DNA from: a virus
Taxonomy: Duplodnaviria > Heunggongvirae > Uroviricota > Caudoviricetes
Direction: 5' to 3' (one strand)
Length of the DNA stretch: 22,448 nucleotides
Virus record (IMG/VR): IMGVR_UViG_2562617113_000013
The translations under genes were made by a program, and so were the position numbers. The number at the start of each line of letters is the position of its first letter. Positions within the stretch are counted from its first letter, which is position 1. Shown in pieces: positions 1 through 9,491 of the stretch. A model generated the notes under the pieces. That model did no database searches. It saw only the letters and a program-made list of their open reading frames with translations, and was not told where the DNA came from.

Positions 1-1047
1 GTATGCGAGAAGACCAGCTACATCCTTTCCACTCAAATTGGTAAGCGTATTGTCCAGCGGTTGTTTACCTGCCAGCGCATTAAGCATTGTCGTGGCAAAG
101 TTCGGATCATTCCCCAGTGCCGCCGCCAGTTCGTTCAGTGTATCCAGTGCCGCAGGTGCAGAACCCACCATTGCTGCAATCGCTGATTTCACAAAAGCTG
201 TAGTGGCAATCTGTGTATTGTTGACCGACTGTGCCGCAGTAGGTGCTGTTGGCGTTCCGGTGAGTGCCGGACTCGACAGCGGTGCTTTTAGTGCCAGCGC
301 ATTGTTAATGGTGGTACTGAATTTCGGGTCATTGTTAATGGCTGCGGCAATTTCTTTCAGTGTGTCCAGCGTGGCTGGCGCACCGTTAATCAGAGCAGTA
401 ATAGCGGCCTGAACAAACTCAGTGGTCGCAATCCGCGTGGTGTTATTTCCTGCTGCAGGCGTCGGCGCTTTTGGTTCTCCGGTAAATGTCGGATTATGTT
501 TCTGCGCATACTGGGTATGAGGATCTTGTGCGGCAATGTGGTTTCTCATCTGGTCATCCACATACAGCTTTAATTCCAGGACTTCATCATCCACGTATTT
601 ACGGGTTGCCAGCACTACAGCAGGGTCAATTTTCAGGATGATATTGTCCGTGCTGCTGGTAATCAGCACCATGCGCACGGTCTGGGTACGCCCGCTGCCT
701 TCAGCCAGTTGCGGCTTATAGCTTTCCGGGCAGTTTCCCACGGCAATCAATGCCCCGGACTCATCAAACAGACCCACTTCACGTATCCACCAACCACCCT
801 CATTTTCAGGGATCACCTGTTCAGCAATAATCTGGCTGCTGTTCTGCGGGTCGATATAGAGCATATTCAGCGCAGCCCGGCGTTTCTCATTTACCAGTGC
901 CGTCTGCTTTGCGTCCGGCGTCGGCAATGCTCCGCCGCCATCGCCCACCGCCATATGGGTAATTTTTAGCGGCACACCGAGCGCGGCGGCGCTGGCAAGT
1001 TTCGCCGCGCCAATATCCGTCAGCAGGGTATAAAATTTTGTGCTCAT
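1..1047 (-). CDS. H: Tail fibre protein gpH, N-terminal part only (gene runs off the left edge of the window)
   Basis: Hand translation of minus strand from ATG at 1047 gives MSTKFYTLLTDIGAAKLASAAALGVPLKITHMAVGDGGGALPTPDAKQT, matching the conserved P2-family tail fibre N-terminus (MAVGDGGG motif). Start overlaps the stop of I in an ATGA arrangement. Not in the ORF track because it has no stop inside the window; frame openness to position 1 was not checked codon by codon. Confidence 0.8.
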   Translation of the reverse strand, partial: MSTKFYTLLTDIGAAKLASAAALGVPLKITHMAVGDGGGALPTPDAKQTALVNEKRRAALNMLYIDPQNSSQIIAEQVIPENEGGWWIREVGLFDESGALIAVGNCPESYKPQLAEGSGRTQTVRMVLITSSTDNIILKIDPAVVLATRKYVDDEVLELKLYVDDQMRNHIAAQDPHTQYAQKHNPTFTGEPKAPTPAAGNNTTRIATTEFVQAAITALINGAPATLDTLKEIAAAINNDPKFSTTINNALALKAPLSSPALTGTPTAPTAAQSVNNTQIATTAFVKSAIAAMVGSAPAALDTLNELAAALGNDPNFATTMLNALAGKQPLDNTLTNLSGKDVAGLLAY

Positions 1048-1649
1048 GGATTCACTCTCATTGTGTCAATAACATGGACCGCCCCGCCTTCATGCGCGGT
1101 GCCGCCAGAAATAATTGTTTCGTTGATATACGGATAGATCGTGATTTCTTCGCCAAGATAGCTGGCGGCCCCCACCCAATGCGGACCGCTGGTCTGCAGA
1201 TTGATGGACATGCCGATCATGTGACGGCTACATGGTTTGGCATCGCTTATCAGCCGCTCAAGTTCCAGATAGGTATCTTCAGTGATGCCCTGGTCCTGCA
1301 CGCCGATATCCAGGCGAAACGTGCCCGGTGTTTCTCCGGTCTGCCACCACTCAATAATGCGGATCAGGAATCCGAACGGTTCCACCACCCGCCGCACGGC
1401 ACTGGTGGTTCCTTTATGCTGATGAATATAAAAAGCATCCTTCACTACCTGGCGTTTGACGCTTTCTGTCCAGCCCTCGTCCCAGCGATCCACAGAGAAC
1501 GCCCAGGCGAGATAAGGCAGGAAGCTGACCGGACAGGTAGCCGGATTCCACAAGTCACGCAGCGGCACCTGCAGATCAGAAATCCCGCTACAGGTTTGCG
1601 CCAGTCGGCGCTCCAGTGGTGTTGAACCCGGTGGCAGCAGACTATTCAT
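1044..1649 (-). CDS. I: Baseplate/tail fibre assembly protein gpI
   Basis: 201 aa ORF starting MNSLLPPGSTPLERRLAQ, typical gpI family; position between J and H as in the P2 late operon. Confidence 0.85.
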   Translation of the reverse strand: MNSLLPPGSTPLERRLAQTCSGISDLQVPLRDLWNPATCPVSFLPYLAWAFSVDRWDEGWTESVKRQVVKDAFYIHQHKGTTSAVRRVVEPFGFLIRIIEWWQTGETPGTFRLDIGVQDQGITEDTYLELERLISDAKPCSRHMIGMSINLQTSGPHWVGAASYLGEEITIYPYINETIISGGTAHEGGAVHVIDTMRVNP

Positions 1650-2550
1650 CCGTTCCTCCGTTGGTTACGCTCCACTGCGTACATGATGCCGCCTGTGTTT
1701 TGTTCAGGACCACATCCGCCAGCGGCGAAGCCAGCTCCACACGCTGCACACCCTCAACATGCAGGGCGGCAAAGATGGCGCTACGGCGAATATCCCGACC
1801 AAGACGCGTCTGACTGGCGATGTACTTCTGCAGGCTGGCTTTTGCCGCTGCCATTACCGGCTCTGCTTCCGGTCCCGGATAGAGAAAAATGGTGGCTTCC
1901 ACGCGATACGGGATGATTTCTGCGCTGCGAACCGTCAGACGGTCAGCCACCGGGCGGACGTTCTCACTGTTCAGGGCTTTCTCCACCACATCCAGCAAGT
2001 CTTTTTCTGCTGTTCCATCGCCTTCGCGGCTCAGGACAGTCAGCACCACCTCTGCAGGTGCCGGACTGGTTGCACTGGCATCCGCCACCCGACCGTCGGC
2101 GCTTTGGGCATGAAATTCATAAGCTGCAGTTGGCCCCGCAACTGAAAGTCCTTCAAATGCTGCAGGCACACGCAGGCGTAACGCTTCATCGCTTTCCATC
2201 ACAGCCGCAACGGGCGGCACAGCGTCATTATCAGCAGGCGTCACCGTCAGGCGTGTCACGTTGTAGTTGGCAGCGAGCTGGTCCAGATCGCCGCCCATCG
2301 CGTAAGCCACCATCACCGCCTGCGCGGCTTCGTTAATGCGCTGGCGCAGAAGCAACTCACGGTAAGTATTCTCCTGCAGCAATTTGGTGACGGGTTCAGA
2401 TTCCAGTTCCAGGGTACGCATCACAGCCTCCTGTTCATCTTTCGGATGAAGCGCCACAAATTCTGCCTTGCGTGCGGCAAGCAGCGTCTCAAAGTCCGGC
2501 ACATCCACAATCTGCGGCGCAGGCAACTGCGAAAGGTCAATCACTGCCAT
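1642..2550 (-). CDS. J: Baseplate wedge protein gpJ
   Basis: ORF 1642..2589; start preferred at internal Met (MAVIDLSQLPAPQIVDVPDFETLL) at 2550, which has an AGGAG RBS 6 nt upstream and reduces the overlap with W to 14 nt. gpJ-like sequence and position. Confidence 0.85.
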   Translation of the reverse strand: MAVIDLSQLPAPQIVDVPDFETLLAARKAEFVALHPKDEQEAVMRTLELESEPVTKLLQENTYRELLLRQRINEAAQAVMVAYAMGGDLDQLAANYNVTRLTVTPADNDAVPPVAAVMESDEALRLRVPAAFEGLSVAGPTAAYEFHAQSADGRVADASATSPAPAEVVLTVLSREGDGTAEKDLLDVVEKALNSENVRPVADRLTVRSAEIIPYRVEATIFLYPGPEAEPVMAAAKASLQKYIASQTRLGRDIRRSAIFAALHVEGVQRVELASPLADVVLNKTQAASCTQWSVTNGGTDE

Positions 2551-2896
2551 TCTCTGCTCCTGTTGATACGGAAAGGGAAACAGGCACACCGTTATTCCGC
2601 CGCCCGGTCAGCGCCACCACCATTGAACCGTCAAAATGGCTGTTGATGGTGATGGAATCCAGCGTCAGCCGTGGTTCCCAGCGACTCAGCGCCACATACA
2701 CTGCCGACATGACCTGCAGACGTAACGCCGGATTTTGTGGCTGATCTATCAGTGCCGACAGCAGGGAACCATATTCCCGGCGGGCAATACGGCTACCCTG
2801 CGGTGTCAGCAGAATGTCCCGCACCGACTGGCGCAGATGATCAATATCAGTAATGACTTTGCCGCTGGTATTGTTCATCCCGCTATAAAGCGTCAT
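2537..2896 (-). CDS. W: Baseplate protein gpW (gp25/GPW family)
   Basis: 119 aa, MTLYSGMNNTSGKVITDIDHLRQSVRDILLTPQGSR, characteristic GPW/gp25 N-terminus; ATGA overlap with V stop. Confidence 0.85.
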   Translation of the reverse strand: MTLYSGMNNTSGKVITDIDHLRQSVRDILLTPQGSRIARREYGSLLSALIDQPQNPALRLQVMSAVYVALSRWEPRLTLDSITINSHFDGSMVVALTGRRNNGVPVSLSVSTGAENGSD

Positions 2897-3471
2897 ACCG
2901 GGCCTCCGGTTGTATCGCCGCCTTTCAGGACGCCAGTATGCTGATGCGCATCAACCACGATCCCGTTAGAACTCATCGCTCCGCCGCCCTGGGTAACGCC
3001 ACCATTGATCACCACTTCGCTGTTAATGCGCGTGCGGTCAGCCTCCAGTACAAACTCACTGGTTTTCATGGTGATGTTGTCAGCAGCCTCAATGACCATT
3101 GATTTGATGCCCCTGACATACCAGCGCCCGGTGGCGGGTTCGTATTCAAACCAGCCACCGTCAGGATGTTCTGTCACGCAGGCGTCCGCCGACGTCGACG
3201 GTGGTGCGAACTGATTCGAATAGACAGCGGGCAGCGCAAAGGCGGTTTCCAGATTGCCGCCCAGACTCAGCAGCACCACCTGCTCACCTTCCGATGGTCG
3301 CCACCATGTACGGGCATTCCCGGCACGCAGCGTCAGCCAGCTGATCCAGTTGGTTTCAAGCTCGCCCGTTTTCACCCGGCAAAGCCAGTTTTCCCTGTCC
3401 ACTTCGGTGACTACCCCTGTGCGGATCAGGTTGGTGATAAGGCGCATGATTTCGGTTAATTGTGCGTTCAT
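2893..3471 (-). CDS. V: Baseplate spike/assembly protein gpV
   Basis: 192 aa, order V-W-J-I conserved in P2-family; gpV-like sequence. Confidence 0.8.
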   Translation of the reverse strand: MNAQLTEIMRLITNLIRTGVVTEVDRENWLCRVKTGELETNWISWLTLRAGNARTWWRPSEGEQVVLLSLGGNLETAFALPAVYSNQFAPPSTSADACVTEHPDGGWFEYEPATGRWYVRGIKSMVIEAADNITMKTSEFVLEADRTRINSEVVINGGVTQGGGAMSSNGIVVDAHQHTGVLKGGDTTGGPV

Positions 3472-3539
3472 AGGGAAAGGTTGCCATCAGGGGAAGAAAG
3501 GCGGCAGTGCTGCAACTTGTATCAGTGCTGATACAAAGA

Positions 3540-3986
3540 TCACCCCGCCAGCCATTGCAGAATCATGTCGCGGGTCATTGCCTCAACATCATCATTTACA
3601 CCCAGAAGGCGACGCTCTGCGTAACGCACCTCCGGTCCCTTACGACTGACGCGATCTCGCAGGCCGTAATGGTGAACGCGGGCAATGCGCTGCACCTTGC
3701 CTTCAAACTGCACGCTGGCAGAGTCGGTGCTGGCGGCAGTTTTCAGGTATTTTGTGGTGCGCAGCTTTGCAAACATCTGACGTTTGATACGGCCTTTTTT
3801 ACTGCGTGCTGTTACCCGTCGCGGTTCATAGCTGCTGCCGTCAGGGTTGCGCTGCATCCTGATATTCTGCTGCTGTGTCCGGCGAAGTTCCTGCGCCAGC
3901 TGGCGCATCATGCGGCTTCTCGAGGCTGGTTCCAGATTCGCCAGCAAGGCACTCAGCCAGTCGTCCACCTTCTGCAGTTCAGCCAC
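3540..3986 (-). CDS. S: Tail completion protein gpS
   Basis: 148 aa (P2 gpS is about 150 aa); basic protein upstream of V, downstream of R. Confidence 0.75.
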   Translation of the reverse strand: MAELQKVDDWLSALLANLEPASRSRMMRQLAQELRRTQQQNIRMQRNPDGSSYEPRRVTARSKKGRIKRQMFAKLRTTKYLKTAASTDSASVQFEGKVQRIARVHHYGLRDRVSRKGPEVRYAERRLLGVNDDVEAMTRDMILQWLAG

Positions 3987-4431
3987 GTTTCACCGTCCAC
4001 ATTTCTTCAGGTGCATCAGGTTCCGCTATAGCTTCAACGCTCGACACACTGCCGTCAGTGCTGACCAGCACACGTTCCGTCAGTTGCAGGTTCAGGCTGA
4101 TATCACAGACATCGTTGCGCAGAATATCCACCTCAAAGGTGAATAGCTTTTCCCGTAACGCCGGGTTATTGATGGCATCGGGCTGGTTATCCCTCAGCCA
4201 CAGCAAAACCGGGGCCATCAGCAGATTCTGGTCGCCGCTGAAATCCTCAATCACCGCGTTCAGTGTGTAACGGTACTCCCACGACATGGAGCTGGCCCCC
4301 GTGGCAACCAGCGAACCGTTATCCACAAACAGATGCAGTTTGTCCGGGTTATTGCGGACATAAGGCACCGCTTTATTGAGGGCGTGGCGCAGGGATTGTG
4401 GTTTGTTCACTGTTTCGCTCCTGACACGCAA
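3979..4431 (-). CDS. R: Tail completion protein gpR
   Basis: 150 aa, contains HLFVDNGSL region resembling gpR; position after the lysis genes. Confidence 0.75.
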   Translation of the reverse strand: MRVRSETVNKPQSLRHALNKAVPYVRNNPDKLHLFVDNGSLVATGASSMSWEYRYTLNAVIEDFSGDQNLLMAPVLLWLRDNQPDAINNPALREKLFTFEVDILRNDVCDISLNLQLTERVLVSTDGSVSSVEAIAEPDAPEEMWTVKRG

Positions 4432-4936
4432 TAATCATGTCCACTTTGTCTGCACAGACCGCCCAGGCGGCCTCCGTTTCATCCAGCAACGCGTTCAGAT
4501 CACCGTTAGTGCGCGGCGTTGCCTGATCCAGCCGACACGGGGCGTCACTCGCGGACAACCACTGACGGTAAGCCATACCTCCGGTGAGTGCCGGACGTTT
4601 CCGCAGCCGGATAATGTCAGCAGGCAAAGGAGTATCAGCCCAGCGGCGTAAATCCTCGTTCTCACGTTTCAGTTCCTCGATCCGGTGTTGTCGTTGTCTC
4701 AGCAGCGTGCTGGTCTGTTCTGCTTCGGCATAGAGCCGCGCCTGCTCCCGGTTATTGGTTTCAGTCAGAATGGACAGGCTGATAAGCTGGCTATTGCTCT
4801 TTGCCAGTGCCTGGCTTTTGCTCTGCAGCTCGTCTGCCTGCGTGCTGATGGTCTGGCTGGCATCAGCCAGCCGCCACGTCTGCCAGCCCAGCGCCGCCAG
4901 TAATAACGTCAGCACAACCAGCAGCAACCGGTTCAT
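4373..4936 (-). CDS. lysB: Rz-like spanin / LysB-type lysis protein
   Basis: 187 aa with N-terminal transmembrane segment (LLLVVLTLLLAALGW) followed by coiled-coil-like Q/E/R-rich region, as in i-spanins; lies downstream of lysA. 3' end overlaps R by about 59 nt. Confidence 0.6.
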   Translation of the reverse strand: MNRLLLVVLTLLLAALGWQTWRLADASQTISTQADELQSKSQALAKSNSQLISLSILTETNNREQARLYAEAEQTSTLLRQRQHRIEELKRENEDLRRWADTPLPADIIRLRKRPALTGGMAYRQWLSASDAPCRLDQATPRTNGDLNALLDETEAAWAVCADKVDMIIACQERNSEQTTIPAPRPQ

Positions 4937-5310
4937 GCTGCTACCTGTTGCGCCATCTGATTACGGGTGATCCAGAAGGCAATAACGGTCAGTAGATAAA
5001 AGACCAGGGTAATAGCCCACCCCGTCCAGGCGAGACTTACAACAATCAGCAATCGCATCACCCAACTGGTAAATACGTTTTCTTTTCGGGTAATTGTCTT
5101 CAGCAAAGATGCCCTTAACTCCTGCCAGAGCGGGCCATTCTTAATTAACGCAGCCAGTGCTACCGGAATTACCGCCCATGTCAGCAAACAGGCTACCCAA
5201 ACGCCGGACGCTGCCAGTACCGGAAAAATCCCCTGCGGATACACCATTGCTGCGATTAACAGCGCCATCCATAACATCAGAAACAGTCCGCTGATTAATT
5301 TCTTTTTCAT
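4933..5310 (-). CDS. lysA: Lysis-timing membrane protein (LysA-like), multi-TM
   Basis: ORF 4933..5382; start preferred at internal Met (MKKKLISGLFLMLWMALLIAAMV) at 5310 so that it begins right after the K stop. Strongly hydrophobic, several predicted TM segments. Start uncertain. Confidence 0.5.
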   Translation of the reverse strand: MKKKLISGLFLMLWMALLIAAMVYPQGIFPVLAASGVWVACLLTWAVIPVALAALIKNGPLWQELRASLLKTITRKENVFTSWVMRLLIVVSLAWTGWAITLVFYLLTVIAFWITRNQMAQQVAA

Positions 5311-5311
5311 T

Positions 5312-5824
5312 TCAGTTTGCTCCCTGTAAACACCAGGCCATCTCCCGCGCACGGCGGTTATCCAGCCCCTGATTAAAAACACCTTTCACATAAACCCAGC
5401 GCGGCAACTGTCGGCATGCATCCGCCCAGCGCCGCTGATTGAGCAATTTCACCAGCGTGGAACTACAGGCATTGCCCGTCCCCACGTTGAAGGCAAACGA
5501 CACCGTAGCGTCATACACCTTCTGCGGCGGCTGTTGCTTCACACACCTTTCCAGCGCCCGCTCCACTCGTAGCACGTTGGAGATCAGCCCTTCAGCTGCC
5601 TGTCGTTCCGTAATAATTTTGCCGGGAATGACGCCCGACGTATTACCAATGCCGTCGGTCCAGACACCCGCGCTGCACTGATACGGCTGCAGACGACAGC
5701 CTTCATAATCGGCGATCAGTTTCAGTCCCTCCTCGGAGGTGTGAAGCTGCTGAAACCCCGGCAGCGTGGCAGCAATAGCCAGCACGGCCCCGACAAGGCA
5801 GCGTTTAACGATTGATGGATTCAT
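5312..5824 (-). CDS. K: Endolysin, lysozyme-like, with hydrophobic N-terminal signal-anchor-like segment
   Basis: 170 aa; EGLKLIADYEGCRLQPYQCSAGVWTDGIGNT is a lysozyme-type catalytic region (E...D...T); N-terminus LVGAVLAIAATL looks like a SAR/signal segment. Confidence 0.85.
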   Translation of the reverse strand: MNPSIVKRCLVGAVLAIAATLPGFQQLHTSEEGLKLIADYEGCRLQPYQCSAGVWTDGIGNTSGVIPGKIITERQAAEGLISNVLRVERALERCVKQQPPQKVYDATVSFAFNVGTGNACSSTLVKLLNQRRWADACRQLPRWVYVKGVFNQGLDNRRAREMAWCLQGAN

Positions 5825-6020
5825 AGTCCTCCCGCGAGATCTGCCCGTCGCGCAGAAGCTGGTAGGCTTTGTGTTTGTAGTACCAGTTGATAGCCAGCAT
5901 CAGCACACCGATCATCAGGCCGCCCAGCGTTGAGGCATCCTTGATGGACAAATCGCCCAGCCAGGCCAGCACGACGGCGATGCAATACGTGATAAAGGCG
6001 CTGATTCGCTCAAGCGTCAT
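5805..6020 (-). CDS. Y: Putative holin
   Basis: 71 aa, two hydrophobic helices and charged C-terminus, immediately upstream of the endolysin as in the P2 X-Y-K order. Confidence 0.55.
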   Translation of the reverse strand: MTLERISAFITYCIAVVLAWLGDLSIKDASTLGGLMIGVLMLAINWYYKHKAYQLLRDGQISREDYESINR

Positions 6021-6023
6021 AAT

Positions 6024-6227
6024 TCAGTCCCATAGCTGGACGGTCTGCACGGTGGTGGTTGTCGGAATGTCCGGCAGCTCCACCTGCAGCCCGTGAGGTA
6101 AAAAGGGGCCGTATTCGGCAAGCCCCGGATTTGCCTTCAGTACCTGCTCCGTGACACCCTGCGTGCGCCCGTAATGACGCCAGCAAAGTGCGTCCACCGT
6201 GTCATACTGATGCGCACGCACTTTCAT
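6024..6227 (-). CDS. X: Tail protein X
   Basis: 67 aa, same size as P2 gpX, conserved position between L and Y. Confidence 0.75.
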   Translation of the reverse strand: MKVRAHQYDTVDALCWRHYGRTQGVTEQVLKANPGLAEYGPFLPHGLQVELPDIPTTTTVQTVQLWD

Positions 6228-6754
6228 CAGATAAGCTCCACTGTGCAGTGCGGCGCATCCTGCACCCGGCTGATGGCCCAGCGGGCGTCACGCCATAAAT
6301 CACCGCTTGCTTCCGCCAGTTCCTCGCCTCGCTTCGCACCGGATGCCGTGGCGTCATAGTCCTGGTAACGTTCGTTGAGCATGGCGCGTGCCCAGCAGTA
6401 AACCGCGTTGAAATAGTGCTGAATGCGCTCGCTTTTGCCGTCCAGTTGTTCCGCCGGGACTTCTGCCAGCGAGGCATACCCCAGCATCTGCTGGCGTCTG
6501 CGAAACTCATACAGCTCTGCGTTGACCTCCGAAATTGCCGACAGGGCAACCTGTTTTAAACGCGGCTGCGTCACCGTGCCGTCAGTGCGCATCACACTGC
6601 GAAACTCCGACAGGTCCACATCAGGCCAGAACGGCGTATTCCTGATGATTTCCGCCTGTTCCGGTGCCTGTTCTGGCGCAACAAACTTCATGCTGCTTTC
6701 TCCTGAAATAGAGGGCGGTGGACGGGGTTTTGATGTGGCAGTGCCTTTCGCCAC
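6227..6754 (-). CDS. L: Head completion/stabilisation protein gpL
   Basis: 175 aa; NAELYEFRRRQ and FWPDVDL regions resemble gpL; position after M. Confidence 0.8.
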   Translation of the reverse strand: MAKGTATSKPRPPPSISGESSMKFVAPEQAPEQAEIIRNTPFWPDVDLSEFRSVMRTDGTVTQPRLKQVALSAISEVNAELYEFRRRQQMLGYASLAEVPAEQLDGKSERIQHYFNAVYCWARAMLNERYQDYDATASGAKRGEELAEASGDLWRDARWAISRVQDAPHCTVELI

Positions 6755-6786
6755 CCCGTGCCGCCCGTGCGCGGGGGCACGTTCTG

Positions 6787-7437
6787 TCAGCGGCTGTCAT
6801 TGCGCAGTCTGCGCTCCAGCTGCTGTTTGTCTTTTTTCACGCCACAGCGGGGATCGAGCTGTAACGCATGGTTGAGATGATTAAGGGCAGACGCCGGATT
6901 TCTTTCACTCAGGACAGCGCCAATCGCTTTATGCAGACGCGCCCGTGACTGGTCCGGCATATCCATACCGTCTGTCAGCTCCAGGGTCTGCAGCAACAGA
7001 TCAGCATCAAAGCCGGTGGCGGCAAGCATTGCGCTCTGGGCTGCATCTGCCATTTCCTCTGCCAGCACGGTCTGCACGTTGCGGTTACCTAACGGCATCA
7101 CCCAGCCATGACGCAGGGCGTGACGCCCGATCTCCAGCGCCCCGGCATAATCTCCGGCATCAATGCGCCACAGCATCACGTACATCAGCACGTCATCCTG
7201 TTGAGCGCCTCCGGCAGCCAGGACACCCTCCGCCCAGGCGGCGTACTTCGGCAGCAGCTCCACCTTGATTTCCGCTTTTTTGACCGTGGACTGAACGCCC
7301 TTGAGACGGCGGCGGTCTTCCGCCAGTTGCAGCAGCATCAGGTCATAGCCCGACGCGTGGCGAACGCTGCCGCCCTCGCGGGCGGCCTGTTCAGCCTGAA
7401 CGCGCAGGCGATGCTGCCGTGCGGGACTCAGGCTCAT
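6787..7437 (-). CDS. M: Terminase endonuclease (small) subunit gpM
   Basis: 216 aa, position between N and L; gpM-like. Confidence 0.8.
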   Translation of the reverse strand: MSLSPARQHRLRVQAEQAAREGGSVRHASGYDLMLLQLAEDRRRLKGVQSTVKKAEIKVELLPKYAAWAEGVLAAGGAQQDDVLMYVMLWRIDAGDYAGALEIGRHALRHGWVMPLGNRNVQTVLAEEMADAAQSAMLAATGFDADLLLQTLELTDGMDMPDQSRARLHKAIGAVLSERNPASALNHLNHALQLDPRCGVKKDKQQLERRLRNDSR

Positions 7438-7440
7438 GAA

Positions 7441-8499
7441 TTACGCTCCGGTTTCTGCTGCTGCGGCGCTGAAGTCGCCAATCTGGATGTTTTCCACCAG
7501 TGCGGCGCAGCGGTAGTCCTCAACCACATAGGCTTCGTTAACGGATTCAAAGTTTTCAATCCGGTCACGTTTCGGGTTGTCGATAACTGAGCGGCGGCGG
7601 GTGTCTTCCTGCCAGTAGATGGACAGGTTATCCAGACGGGTGATCAGCAGCGCATTCGGCGGGAAGAACGGCGCACGCACGGCCTGCAGGCCACCCATGC
7701 GTTTCTGACTGATGATCATATCGGCAGCCAGTTTTTCACTGTTTTCCTGCTCTTTGTTGACCAGCGGGAAATACTTGTCAGACAGCAGTTCACGACCGCA
7801 AATCACCACCAGATCGTCATCGTCCTGGTAGACCACATCGATAAGCTCATTGACGGCATCCATCACCACGGCGTCCAGGTTGGCATATTCGCCACCTTTC
7901 CCGACTTTCACCGCACCCGGTGTGGTTTCACCGCCCGTGGTGGTGCTGCCCATGACGTGATCCGGTGCATCTTCACGGATTTTCTGCAGCCAGCCTTTGT
8001 TCACATCCTGCAGCAGCGGGTTTTCGCTACGGTTGGAGGTTTTCGCACGCTTCACGCCGTTAAAGCCGATCATGATGCGGTCCAGAGCCTGACGTTTCAC
8101 GATGGCGTCACGGATGCGCACCTGGAAATCCTGAAACTTCGCCCACAGGTCCAGCTTCGCGTAGGTCAGCACCGTGTCAAAGTTGGTCTGCTCGCATTTA
8201 TATTCCACATCGACCATCAGCGTCGGATCGACAGGTTCACGCTCTTTCGCGGTGGTGTCAGTGGTTCCGGCAATGGTGCTGCCAACTCCCAGCCCCAGCA
8301 GCTGACCGGACTGCTCAGTCACTGGCGTGACGTTAATCAGCGTCAGGAAAGCGGCGGACTGCTGGATCTGGTCTTCCAGCGTCTGCTGCACAGACGGCTC
8401 CACAGTGAACTTGCTGGACAGTTCTTCAACTGCCACACCGTTCAGACGTGCCAGTTGCTGCAGGTAAGCGTTAAAAGCAAAGCGGGTATTCTTCTTCAT
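7441..8499 (-). CDS. N: Major capsid protein gpN
   Basis: 352 aa (P2 gpN about 357 aa), downstream of scaffold gene. Confidence 0.85.
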   Translation of the reverse strand: MKKNTRFAFNAYLQQLARLNGVAVEELSSKFTVEPSVQQTLEDQIQQSAAFLTLINVTPVTEQSGQLLGLGVGSTIAGTTDTTAKEREPVDPTLMVDVEYKCEQTNFDTVLTYAKLDLWAKFQDFQVRIRDAIVKRQALDRIMIGFNGVKRAKTSNRSENPLLQDVNKGWLQKIREDAPDHVMGSTTTGGETTPGAVKVGKGGEYANLDAVVMDAVNELIDVVYQDDDDLVVICGRELLSDKYFPLVNKEQENSEKLAADMIISQKRMGGLQAVRAPFFPPNALLITRLDNLSIYWQEDTRRRSVIDNPKRDRIENFESVNEAYVVEDYRCAALVENIQIGDFSAAAAETGA

Positions 8500-8515
8500 C
8501 AGGTTTTGTGCTCCA

Positions 8516-9349
8516 TCAGCAATTGGTCAGAGTGTCAGCGGGGGCGTTACCGCCTGTTGCACGCTGGCGGTAGTCCTGGCGGCTGTCTTCATGACTCAGC
8601 TTATTCACCAGTTCGTTAAAGGCGGTCTGCTGTGCCTGCAGGGCAGTCTCCAGCTCAGACAGACGTTCTTCCTGCTCAGACAGGGATTTTTCGGTGCGTG
8701 CGCTCAGGTTCTGCTGCTCAGTGGCGACCAGCTCCACGGCCTTATGCACATCAGAGAACCGGGCATCGTCGGACTGCTCTTTTTTGGTAAACAGCGCCGT
8801 GACACGGGCAAACAGGGACGGCTTGTCCTCCTGGATTTCTTCCAGTTCGATCACCGTTTCCTCTGCAGCGGTAAAAAGATTGGCGGGATTCTGCTTGCGG
8901 TTTGCCAGCGGGTTATGGGCTGCACTGGCGCTGAATGTCAGCATTTCCGTACCCAGACTGGCGGGATCATCAGTGGCAGCCAGGCCGACCAGGTAGGCTT
9001 TGCCCGTATCAGCAAACTTCGGGCTGACTTCCATAGAGGTGAATAATTTCTGGCCTTTTTTCACCAGTTCCACCAGGGACTCCGTTGGCTCAACGTCGGC
9101 ATACAGTGCCATCTTGCCCGCCAGCGGACCTTCCGTGATTTCTTCAGCAAACAGCGCCGTCACCTTGCCGTAGCGGTTAAAGGTGCTGTCCGGCAGATAA
9201 GACTTGATGTGCTCAAGGTTAATCAGCGCGGTATACACCGCCGGGTTGTAGCTGGCTGCCATCTGTTCCAGCCATTCACGCTGGATTTCGCGTCCGTCGG
9301 TAGTGGCACCTTCCACCCCGATGCGAAAACGCTTTGCTTTCACTGTCAT
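8516..9349 (-). CDS. O: Capsid scaffolding protein gpO
   Basis: 277 aa, acidic coiled-coil C-terminal half typical of scaffold proteins; first gene of the minus-strand late operon, divergent from P. Confidence 0.85.
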   Translation of the reverse strand: MTVKAKRFRIGVEGATTDGREIQREWLEQMAASYNPAVYTALINLEHIKSYLPDSTFNRYGKVTALFAEEITEGPLAGKMALYADVEPTESLVELVKKGQKLFTSMEVSPKFADTGKAYLVGLAATDDPASLGTEMLTFSASAAHNPLANRKQNPANLFTAAEETVIELEEIQEDKPSLFARVTALFTKKEQSDDARFSDVHKAVELVATEQQNLSARTEKSLSEQEERLSELETALQAQQTAFNELVNKLSHEDSRQDYRQRATGGNAPADTLTNC

Positions 9350-9491
9350 GAGCCGTGCTCCGTTAGAAAAAACTTACTGGAGCCTTATGGTTGCGGTGAT
9401 GGGGGCAGTGAAACAATGCGCGGTATTTGTACCGACAACCACACAAACCGCAGGCGGGGAAAGCCTTCATTCAAGGCTGTAGGTTTGTGCC
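9350..9491. promoter_or_regulatory. Divergent late promoter region (O leftward, P rightward)
   Basis: 142-bp intergenic region between divergently oriented O and P. Contains TGT-N12-ACA at 9428..9445 (TGTaccgacaaccacACA), the dyad type bound by Ogr/B/Delta-class zinc-finger late activators. Confidence 0.5.
9428..9445. promoter_or_regulatory. Candidate late-activator (Ogr/B-type) binding site, TGT-N12-ACA
   Basis: Exact TGT-N12-ACA dyad. Centre is about 55 bp from a plausible O transcript start (leader about 30 nt) and about 55 bp upstream of the P start codon. Confidence 0.45.

Noticed and set aside
38-412. 124-aa plus-strand ORF and neighbouring plus-strand ORFs up to 1625
   Set aside because: Antisense to tail fibre H and gene I; Ala/Ser-rich translation mirrors the H repeat on the opposite strand.
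3507-4270. Plus-strand ORFs of 174, 99 and 131 aa
   Set aside because: Antisense to S and R, which have recognisable products and conserved order.
4373-4936. Embedded o-spanin (Rz1/LysC-like lipoprotein) within lysB
   Set aside because: Looked for an embedded same-strand ORF with a lipobox in the ORF track; none of at least 60 codons is present. A shorter embedded gene cannot be excluded without translating all frames.
4933-5382. Long form of the lysA ORF starting at 5382
   Set aside because: Would overlap the endolysin gene by about 70 nt; the internal Met at 5310 starts directly after the K stop and precedes the first TM segment. Start remains uncertain.
7957-8619. 220-aa plus-strand ORF
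   Set aside because: Antisense to the capsid gene N and scaffold gene O; low-complexity Arg/Leu/Gln-rich translation; no RBS context considered convincing.
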